Notes under the pieces: generated by a model
Seen by the model: the letters and a program-made list of their open reading frames with translations, nothing else
Database searches by the model: none
Told to the model about the DNA's origin: nothing
Assembly: GCA_963806035.1 (NCBI GenBank)
Contig: CAWDWO010000035.1
Span: 32,001 to 96,000 of the forward strand
DNA: 64,000 nt
Source: Candidatus Krumholzibacteriota bacterium
Lineage (GTDB): Bacteria > Krumholzibacteriota > Krumholzibacteriia > JAJRXK01
Reading direction: 5' to 3'
Made by a program: the position numbers and the translations under genes
Shown: piece after piece, positions 56,651-64,000 of the stretch
Layout of the letters: each line of letters starts with the position of its first letter
Position numbering within the stretch: the first letter of the stretch is position 1

Positions 56651-58330
56651 CTACTGCAGGTCCAGGGGCTTCAGGTAGGAGGCGCGGGCTCCGCCCACGT
56701 CTTCCTTGAAGCGGTCATCCGAATGGGGAGAAACCGGCGAATGGGCTTTGATGTAGTCCGCCAGGGCTTCCCGCGTGAGAATGCCGCTATAGTTGATCTT
56801 GTCGGGAGGGATCTCCGCCAAAAAGTCCAGTCCGCTGTTTCCCTCCATCAGGAAGTCGCTGGTGACGACCTTGTATTCCTTCCCCGGCACGACGGGCGTC
56901 CCATCGAGCAGGGTGAGTTGCAACACGCGCTGGCCGTACGGAGCATCGGGATCGACGACGGCCTTCACTCCGCTGTAGGCGATACCACTGCTGTGACGTC
57001 CCGACTTGCGCTCGAAGATGCGGCGGATCATGGAGCCGTCCATCTGCACCGTGGCCAGAGAGTTGCCGAAGGGCAAGACGCGCATCAGGTCACCCATGGT
57101 GATACGGCCCACGGAGAGGTTCGCGCGCAGCCCTCCCATGTTCGTGAAGGCGAAATCGGCATCCTGGGCCTCCATCATGGCCGAAGTCACCAGGATTCCC
57201 ATGCGCGAGAGGGGGCCGCCGCTGCGAGACAGCTCCACGGTCGACCTTCCCACCGTCTTGTCCAGACCCTTGCGGGCGTCCGCGATGTAGGGTTCCAGAT
57301 CGTCGGCCATCTCGCGGTCCGGCCAGTACTGGTCCTCGAAGAGGGTGATGAGAGTGCCGTCGCGGCGCGGGCTCTCGTAGCCCATGACCTGCTTGGTGGC
57401 CCGGTCGACGAGAAGTATGACGTGGCCGATGGAGGAACCGTTGCCGAAAGTCTCGAAGACCATGGCCTGCGTCACCGGGTCGATCCACGGCTTGCGATAG
57501 CCGCGATGGGTGTGGCCACCGATGATGACGGGAATCCCCGACACCACGTGCGCGATGTCCATGTCGCCTTCGGCATGTTCCTCGAGATCGTCCCCCTCCT
57601 TCACCCGCTTCACCAGCTCCTTCCAGCCGGTCTCGGGATCGTAGGGCAGGCCCTCGTGGATGAGCGCGAACACCAGGTCGACGTGCTCCTGGTTCTTCAG
57701 GATGTCGCGATACTTCTCCAGGGCGGGAGGAATGGGACGGAAATCCAGGCCCTTCACGTTCTCGTCGAAGGCCATGGACTTGGTGGCCGGTGTGATGGCG
57801 CCGATGATTCCAATCTTGAGACCGGCCTTTTCGACCACGCGATACGGCTCCACCCAGTCGACGAGTTGGTCCGTCCCCTCCTTGTAGAGGTTGGCGCAGA
57901 CGAATTTCTGATTCATCGCGGCCGACATGCGGATGGGCACGTCCTTGCCCTTGTCGAATTCGTGATTCCCCACCGTGACCGCGTCGTAGTGCATGGTGTT
58001 GAAGTAGGTCTCCATGACCCTGCCCTGGCTCAGCGTCCCCACGGGCGCTCCCTGCCAGGTGTCACCGGCATCGACCAAAAGAACCCCCTGGTTGGGATCA
58101 CCCTTGGCCTCGGCCCTGATCTTGTGCACGTAGGCCGCCGCCGCCGCCCCACCACCCAGGGGAGGCGGGTAATCGGGGTTCATGAAGTACGCTTCCTCCG
58201 GCCCGACGTGGCCGTGGATGTCGTTCGTCCACAAGAGATGAAGGCGGATCATCCCCTCGTCTGCAGCCCGCGCGCTCGGCGCGAAGAGGATGCTGAGGGT
58301 GAAGATGAGAAGTAGGGTTCTGGCTCGCAT
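56651..58330 (-). CDS. Secreted bifunctional 5'-nucleotidase/metallophosphoesterase (UshA family)
   Basis: TNDIHGH, DAGD, GNHE, GGHTH, NMGGLR, LPFGN. Confidence 0.93.
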   Translation of the reverse strand: MRARTLLLIFTLSILFAPSARAADEGMIRLHLLWTNDIHGHVGPEEAYFMNPDYPPPLGGGAAAAAYVHKIRAEAKGDPNQGVLLVDAGDTWQGAPVGTLSQGRVMETYFNTMHYDAVTVGNHEFDKGKDVPIRMSAAMNQKFVCANLYKEGTDQLVDWVEPYRVVEKAGLKIGIIGAITPATKSMAFDENVKGLDFRPIPPALEKYRDILKNQEHVDLVFALIHEGLPYDPETGWKELVKRVKEGDDLEEHAEGDMDIAHVVSGIPVIIGGHTHRGYRKPWIDPVTQAMVFETFGNGSSIGHVILLVDRATKQVMGYESPRRDGTLITLFEDQYWPDREMADDLEPYIADARKGLDKTVGRSTVELSRSGGPLSRMGILVTSAMMEAQDADFAFTNMGGLRANLSVGRITMGDLMRVLPFGNSLATVQMDGSMIRRIFERKSGRHSSGIAYSGVKAVVDPDAPYGQRVLQLTLLDGTPVVPGKEYKVVTSDFLMEGNSGLDFLAEIPPDKINYSGILTREALADYIKAHSPVSPHSDDRFKEDVGGARASYLKPLDLQ

Positions 58331-58390
58331 GACTGTCTCCTGGGGGTTTCCGCCGCGGCGGGCTTCGTCCTTCCTAGGAATATAGTAAAG

Positions 58391-59758
58391 TTAGAAGCTT
58401 CGGGAGACCCCCAGCAGCAGGCTCACCATTCCATCTTCTACTTTCGAAAGGCCCTTGGGCGCCGCATCGTCCGGACGATCCGTCCAGGTCAGAGTACGGT
58501 CGAAAATGAAGGCCTGCCGGCTCGTCTGCCGGTGATATTGCAGAGTCACGTCGATCTGGTATCCCGCGGTCTGGTAGCCCACGCCGCCGGAGAAGATCGA
58601 GCGGTTCGATTCGGGATCGGCGTAATTTTCCAGGTAGCGGAAGCCGAAGCGCGCCGGAACGTTGTTGTAGAAGACGTGCTCCAGCCCGAAACGTACATCC
58701 CAGGTGTCGCGAAGAGTACCGCTTTGGACAAAAGCGGCGGTCCGGTAACTCTCGTCGGCCACCCCTTCCCAGAAACGGCGCACCAGGTCCACCGAGAACA
58801 CGGTGGCCAGGAGGTTGCGCGGACGATAGGTGACGCCGGCCCGCAGGGTTCCCGGATACTTGACCTTGACGTCGCCGCTCTGCACCGGCATGACCACCAT
58901 GCTCTGGTCGTAGGGCATCCAGGTCCCGATCGTCGAATCCATGGAGCTGATCGCGCCCTCGACGGTGAACGGACCCTCGAAGCTCGCTCCCACCTCCAGG
59001 CGCTCGTTTACCGTACCGGACACTCCAGCCGTCCATCCCCAACCGCGCAACTCGTGATCGAAGGCAGCCGATCCGGGGTCACCGGTGAAGTTGCTCTGAT
59101 AGAGCGAGGTGGTCCGCGTGCTGGCCCGGTGCTTCAGAGTACCGGTGTAACGGTGGAGGCTGATTCCCATGCTGAGCCGAGGCATGATCTCCATTCCGTA
59201 GCCGAAGGAGATCGAGCGCAGTCTTCCCTCGATCTGATAGTCGCGCAGCTGGATCACCGCATCGCGCGTGACGGGATCGTAAGGCGAAGGATCACGAATC
59301 TCCTCGAAGTAGTCGTAGTCGAAGCTGTAACGATCGAAAACCCCGATGCCTACCGTCATGCTGTGCTCGGGCAAGAGCTGATAGATCGCGCCGCCCTGCA
59401 GGAGACCATAGCTGTTGCGATTGCTGGCCACCGTGGTGTCGGTCACGTAGGAATTGAAGGAATCGAAGAGCGGTTGGAAGCGGTCCTCGTTGACCTGAGA
59501 GATCCCGCCGTTGAATTCCACCCGGATACGGCCATCCATTCGCGATAGCATCGCGGGGTTCGCGATGAGATTGGCGCTGCCCTGATAGAGGGCCGCACCC
59601 ACTGAGCCCATGGCCGCCGCGCGCGGGGTTTCCGCGCCGAAGGGCGTCCCGAAGGCTGCGTCCAGAGTGGTGGTTGCCACCGCTCCGGGAACCGCCGCTA
59701 CTTGCAGCAGCAGAACCATCATGATGAACAGTGAGCTTCTGCGAATCGTGCCACGCAT
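58391..59758 (-). CDS. Outer-membrane beta-barrel (FadL/PorV-like)
   Basis: Signal peptide, PRAAAMG...NPA, amphipathic beta-strands, terminal Phe (GVSRSF). Confidence 0.8.
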   Translation of the reverse strand: MRGTIRRSSLFIMMVLLLQVAAVPGAVATTTLDAAFGTPFGAETPRAAAMGSVGAALYQGSANLIANPAMLSRMDGRIRVEFNGGISQVNEDRFQPLFDSFNSYVTDTTVASNRNSYGLLQGGAIYQLLPEHSMTVGIGVFDRYSFDYDYFEEIRDPSPYDPVTRDAVIQLRDYQIEGRLRSISFGYGMEIMPRLSMGISLHRYTGTLKHRASTRTTSLYQSNFTGDPGSAAFDHELRGWGWTAGVSGTVNERLEVGASFEGPFTVEGAISSMDSTIGTWMPYDQSMVVMPVQSGDVKVKYPGTLRAGVTYRPRNLLATVFSVDLVRRFWEGVADESYRTAAFVQSGTLRDTWDVRFGLEHVFYNNVPARFGFRYLENYADPESNRSIFSGGVGYQTAGYQIDVTLQYHRQTSRQAFIFDRTLTWTDRPDDAAPKGLSKVEDGMVSLLLGVSRSF

Positions 59759-59768
59759 GGGATACTCC

Positions 59769-62336
59769 CTAGAAGTTATAGTCGAGCTGGAGGCGGAAGG
59801 CCGTGATTTCTCGTTTGTCGCCCGCGCGGAACTCGCTGGGGACGGAATTGGCGTACTGACGAATCTCCAAGTTGTCCCGCGTGCGTTGCCGGTCGTGGGT
59901 CATCTTGAAGCGCACCAGCATGTTGTCAGATAAACGACTCTGTACGAGGAACCAACTACGGATGCCTTGGCCATCGACTGCGATGAACTCGTTGTCCTCG
60001 AAGTTCCAGAGAAAGCCGTCATAGATCTCCGAACTCAGAGTGAACTGGAGACGATCGTTGACGTTGTGAATCAGCATGCCCTGAATGGCCTGGCTGGGAC
60101 TGGCGGACTGTGACAGCGGCGAAAAGTTGCTGCCGTCCGGTTCGGCCGGACCGCCCAAGCGCGGACGCGGTGCGAACTGCGTGTTGGTGTTGCTGTAGAG
60201 CAAGCGCAGTTCGTCGTAAGCTGTAAGCCGTCCCCGCACCTCGAAGCGGCTGTCCCAACTCTTGAAGCGCCGGTTGTCGAAAAGCTCCTCGCTAGCGCGG
60301 TCGCTGTAGCGTTGCCGCACCCGGAAGCGCAACGGCCATATTGGCGCGTATTCCACCCGCAGGGTGTAACGACGCTGACTCTGGCCGTCGGCCTTGCGCA
60401 CCCACTGGTCGAATTCCAGACCACTGATCGTGATCTGCCGGCTGATGCGATAGCGCGTCTGCAGGAAGATTCCGCGTTCGGCCTTGGTCTGCGGCGTACT
60501 GTTTTCGAGCCAGCTATAGAGCGGTGAATTCAGGCGGAAGGGATCGGTGAGCAGAGTCTGCTCGTAACGGCTGTCCTCACCGAAGGGCCGCGCGTAGGGG
60601 TTGTCGAAGCCCACATCGTAATCACGATACAGGGCAAAAATGTTGAAGTTCTCCCACTGCGTGTAGCCGGTGAACACCATGGCGTCCGGAGCGCTGGAGA
60701 GCAATCCACCGTCGGGGTTCGAGTCGAGTTTCGCGTACTCACCCTGGAAGGCCACGTTGTCCACCACGGTCTGGAACTCGGCTCCCAGCACGCGCCGGAA
60801 CTTGCCCAGCGGCCTGGAATCGTAAGCGTTGAAGAGCTCGGAATCCCGGCCGTCCAACAGATCGGTGCGAGCCACGATCGTGTTCACGTTGGGATCGAAG
60901 GGCAGATTGTGGTGTGCTTCGTAACCGGAAAGACCCACGTAGGTTCCGGGCCAGATCTCGTAGCGCAACAGGCCGCCGTAGAGATCCTCGTCGAAGGCGC
61001 CGCGGCGGATGTTGCTCCCCATGAGCTCGTACTGGTCGTTCTCGAAGCGCGGACTGCCCACGATGTACTTGTTGATGCTCACCGCGTTGCCGTTGGAGTC
61101 GAAGTTCAGGATCCCGTCCTTCTTGCCCTTGCTGATGAAGCCCAGAGCCTGGAAATTCCCCAGAGAGGCCTCGACCGCCGCGCCACGCAAAGCGAATTCG
61201 TAGGAACGGCTCATGTCGCCCAGAAGTCCCTGGGGACGCTTGTTGAAGCCGGTGCCCGTCTTGCGGCTCAGGAAATAGTCAGTGTTGTCCATGACCAGTC
61301 CCTGACCGAAGGCCACACGGAAGTTGCCCAGCACGACCTTGTCGAGCTGGTACCTCTCGTTGTTCTGGTTGCGCCATTCGAGGAAGTATTTGGCGGTCTC
61401 TGCCAAGTTGTTTTCCCCGACGTCGCGGAAGGTGCTCACGCCGGCCTTCCACTGCAGCCCCATGCGCAGCCTTAGCTTGGTCAGTACCGCGGGATTGGGG
61501 CTGTCCAGGTGCGCGATCCCGTAGGGAGTTTCCTCCGTGAAGTTCGGCGGCTCGGTGCTGGTCACCGCGGGGTGGAAGGTTTCGGTCAGGATATCCTTCT
61601 CATCCAGCAGGTAGGGCGTATTGAAAGTTTGAATCTGCATGCTGCCGTGCAGCTTCATGTCCTGTTCCGGCGGCGCGTAGACCACGTAGTCGCGCAGATT
61701 CCGGTACGCCCAGTAGCTCAGCCCATCCGCGCTGCGCAGCTGGCGATCGCTCTGGATCTTGCCCGAACGCTCACGCGCCTTGATGATCGCAGTCGCGTCT
61801 ACCGGCGAAACGTTCTGGTAGCTCTGCAGATCGTAGAGCGAGAGTTCGTTGATGTCCTGGGGCTCGAGCAATTGGTCGCGGTATTCGTCGGCCAACTCCT
61901 CGCTGGCTCCCTCGCGACTCAGAAATCTCTGCAATTGCCGAAACGACTCGTCGTAGCGTCGCACCCAGTCTTCTTGGGTCTTGGGCGGCATCGTCGCCAC
62001 CAAGGGCAAGAGCTTCTGAATCATCTCCGGAGTGACGCCCTCGACGTGACGGAGGTCGTAGATCGAATCGAAGTAACTGCGGTAGGTGCGGTACTCGTAA
62101 ATGGCATCGGCCACCTCGGCGGGGATCGGCAGCTTCTTCAGCTGCTCCCGGGTCGCACGATTGAGGTCGAGCTTCCCTCGAACCACGGTGCTATCCGTCT
62201 CGAGTTCGCGGGCCTCGATGGCCTCCCGTCGGGAGTCCCCCTGCTCGTACTGGGCATGAGAACTCGCCACGGGCAGCAGAAATAACGCCGCTGCCAGGAG
62301 GAGTCCGCGCCGCATGCTCTCGCGCGGAGCGTTCAC
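59769..62336 (-). CDS. ComEA-type helix-hairpin-helix protein fused to an outer-membrane beta-barrel
   Basis: LDLNRATREQLKKLP...AIYEYR...DLRHVEGV and a second DINELS...AIIKAR module; terminal FRLQLDYNF. Confidence 0.85.
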   Translation of the reverse strand: MNAPRESMRRGLLLAAALFLLPVASSHAQYEQGDSRREAIEARELETDSTVVRGKLDLNRATREQLKKLPIPAEVADAIYEYRTYRSYFDSIYDLRHVEGVTPEMIQKLLPLVATMPPKTQEDWVRRYDESFRQLQRFLSREGASEELADEYRDQLLEPQDINELSLYDLQSYQNVSPVDATAIIKARERSGKIQSDRQLRSADGLSYWAYRNLRDYVVYAPPEQDMKLHGSMQIQTFNTPYLLDEKDILTETFHPAVTSTEPPNFTEETPYGIAHLDSPNPAVLTKLRLRMGLQWKAGVSTFRDVGENNLAETAKYFLEWRNQNNERYQLDKVVLGNFRVAFGQGLVMDNTDYFLSRKTGTGFNKRPQGLLGDMSRSYEFALRGAAVEASLGNFQALGFISKGKKDGILNFDSNGNAVSINKYIVGSPRFENDQYELMGSNIRRGAFDEDLYGGLLRYEIWPGTYVGLSGYEAHHNLPFDPNVNTIVARTDLLDGRDSELFNAYDSRPLGKFRRVLGAEFQTVVDNVAFQGEYAKLDSNPDGGLLSSAPDAMVFTGYTQWENFNIFALYRDYDVGFDNPYARPFGEDSRYEQTLLTDPFRLNSPLYSWLENSTPQTKAERGIFLQTRYRISRQITISGLEFDQWVRKADGQSQRRYTLRVEYAPIWPLRFRVRQRYSDRASEELFDNRRFKSWDSRFEVRGRLTAYDELRLLYSNTNTQFAPRPRLGGPAEPDGSNFSPLSQSASPSQAIQGMLIHNVNDRLQFTLSSEIYDGFLWNFEDNEFIAVDGQGIRSWFLVQSRLSDNMLVRFKMTHDRQRTRDNLEIRQYANSVPSEFRAGDKREITAFRLQLDYNF

Positions 62337-62337
62337 G

Positions 62338-63252
62338 CTATTCCCCCCCTCCCGAGAAGCGATAGCTCAGACCGAATTGATGCGTCGACTCGAGAACGCC
62401 GCCCCCGGTGGAGAAAGCGTAGTCGAGGGTGGCACCGTGGAAGTGGACTCCGAATCCGGCGCAGAGCTTGTTGGGATCGGTCTCGAGTCCCGCGCGGAGA
62501 TCGAGTACGTCGAGGATGCCGAACTCGGCGCCACCGTGCACCCTGAACTCCTCACCCATGCGGCTGCGGATGTCGAAGGCGGTGGTTACCTGCTCGTAAG
62601 GCTCGTAGCTCACGCCGATGGCCACCTGTTGGATGAGCTCCTCGTTGTCGTCGCCGATTGTGGGATTGTTGATGTTCTTGGCGATGAAACCGATCTTCGT
62701 ACGATCCCACACCTCCACGATTCCGGCGAGATCCAGTCCGGTGGCCCAGGCGTTGCCCGGGTCGATCCCGTTGGATCCGTCACCGGCGAGCCCGATGCTC
62801 CGACCGAAGTCGAGATTGTAGAAGTTCAGCGTCCAACCCACCGCCGCGCCCGATGCTTCGTCCTTGAAGAGCTGAAATCCGTTGGAGACGGAGACCGTGT
62901 ATTCGCTCAAAAGACTCGTGCCATTGTTGTCGACGCCCAGGTGCCGCAGACCGATCGCCAGACCACCCCAGTTTCCCGGGAGCGGCATTGCTCCACCCAG
63001 GGTGCTCAGACGGTTGTATCCACCGTTGTTGGGTTCGGCGGTCGCCGCGGCCGCCTCGGGCTCTTCCATCCAGGGCAGAAGCGCCGGGTTGTTGTAGAAG
63101 CTCCAGGCATCGCCGTCGACCGCGACCACGGCTGAGCCCATGGCGCGCGCCCGCGGACTCACCGCGAGGTCGTCGAACGCCGCCCGGGCGCTGGTCGCGA
63201 CCAGCAGGATGAGAGGCAGCAGCAGGAGAATCGGAGTTCGTTTCGCTTGCAT
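62338..63252 (-). CDS. PorV/PorQ-like outer-membrane beta-barrel
   Basis: SPRARAMG...FYNNPA, NINNP, LDYAF...THQFGLSYRF. Confidence 0.82.
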   Translation of the reverse strand: MQAKRTPILLLLPLILLVATSARAAFDDLAVSPRARAMGSAVVAVDGDAWSFYNNPALLPWMEEPEAAAATAEPNNGGYNRLSTLGGAMPLPGNWGGLAIGLRHLGVDNNGTSLLSEYTVSVSNGFQLFKDEASGAAVGWTLNFYNLDFGRSIGLAGDGSNGIDPGNAWATGLDLAGIVEVWDRTKIGFIAKNINNPTIGDDNEELIQQVAIGVSYEPYEQVTTAFDIRSRMGEEFRVHGGAEFGILDVLDLRAGLETDPNKLCAGFGVHFHGATLDYAFSTGGGVLESTHQFGLSYRFSGGGE

Positions 63253-63265
63253 TGAGCCGTGCCTC

Positions 63266-64000
63266 CTATCGATCCAAGCGCGACGCCACGACCACGGGCA
63301 TCTGCTTCTCTTTGGATCCGTTGCTACCGGTGGAGCGCGTCTGCAGGTGTGCCACGTACGCGCCGGCCGGTACGAACTCGCCGAATTCGTCCGTGCCGTC
63401 CCACTCGAAGGTCGCCCGGTTGTCGTTGAATACGGTGTCGAGGGTCGTCACTCGACTGTCGAATATCGTCTTCACGAGAGTCCCGTTCATGTTGAAGATT
63501 CTCAGGATCACTTCGCCGTCTTTCGCAATGAGATCCGAAGTGAGATTGACCGTCATCGGATAGCGCTCGCCATCGCGAGGCAAGAAGGTGAAGGGCGGAC
63601 CCTCCAGCTTGATGGCGTCTACCAAGAGGGGTTCGAGATTGGCGGTGAGCCCGGGAGCCGGAATGGCATTCCCGTTCAGATCGGCCACCCCGCTCACGCG
63701 CACCGACCAGTTCTCCTCCAAGCCCAGATTGCGATCGAGAGTGAGCCGGACCCGGCTCTGCGAACCCTGAACCAATCCAGCCGAACTCACGCCGGCGGTC
63801 TCGGAGGGGGAGTTGGTGCGATAGACCTGATAATTGGAGGCCGTGGAGGCGGAGTTCGGTTCCAGCGCCTCGCTGAAATCGATGATCACCGTGGAAGCGG
63901 TTTCCAGGCTGGCCCGGTTGATTCGTGGCGGCGAGGTATCGCCGGCCTGACCCTCGAAGATGTCGCTGGCCAGCCCAACGTTGACCTGATAGGCGCTGCC
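63266..64000 (-). CDS. C-terminal part of a large secreted protein (Ig-like domain + FlgD-Ig/T9SS-CTD-like tail), 5' end outside the window
   Basis: Frame open to 64000; DTSPP...IDFSEAL...VADLNGN; F.PRDGE...LRIFNMNGTLVKTI...WDGTDEFGEFVPAGAYV. Confidence 0.82.
   Translation of the reverse strand, partial: GSAYQVNVGLASDIFEGQAGDTSPPRINRASLETASTVIIDFSEALEPNSASTASNYQVYRTNSPSETAGVSSAGLVQGSQSRVRLTLDRNLGLEENWSVRVSGVADLNGNAIPAPGLTANLEPLLVDAIKLEGPPFTFLPRDGERYPMTVNLTSDLIAKDGEVILRIFNMNGTLVKTIFDSRVTTLDTVFNDNRATFEWDGTDEFGEFVPAGAYVAHLQTRSTGSNGSKEKQMPVVVASRLDR

Overview
GC-rich bacterial chromosome segment with about 55 genes, mostly on the minus strand. I found no rRNA, tRNA, CRISPR array or mobile element. 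A PorX-type regulator, PorV/PorQ-like barrels, a FlgD-Ig-like tail and a C-terminal 'SWGxxKxxF' motif suggest an FCB-group lineage such as Krumholzibacteriota, Latescibacterota or Eisenbacteria (inference only). Housekeeping genes include cbs/cystathionine gamma-lyase, two HU proteins, lptD, a ROK kinase, folC, accD, rimI, tsaB, tsaE, serS, pyrF, pyrE, mpg, an ABC exporter, ctpA, tmk, rsmI, a split NAD synthetase, trkA, trkH, ltaE, rsgA, PTS IIA and bactofilin. Highlights: (1) a probable exported selenoprotein missed by the ORF track (5579..6937, minus), with an in-frame UGA in a C-G-U motif, a SECIS-like hairpin, a degenerate UshA-like domain and four CxxCH heme motifs; (2) a minus-strand operon at 56651..64000 that looks like a surface DNA/nucleotide capture and salvage system; (3) a secreted DUF4114-like protein ending in a WGxxK tail where PEP-CTERM would be expected; (4) a free-standing, promoter- and terminator-bounded pseudoknotted ncRNA candidate at about 25581..25703; (5) unusual architectures (membrane GT-C-like + VanY fusion, LptA-like + LptD fusion, HARE-HTH-like + DEDDh, single-AAA Clp ATPase with an IGF loop). 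Three single-base frameshifts (folC, porX, pgsA-like) most likely reflect sequencing or assembly indels. All family calls come from motif recognition by eye, not database searches.
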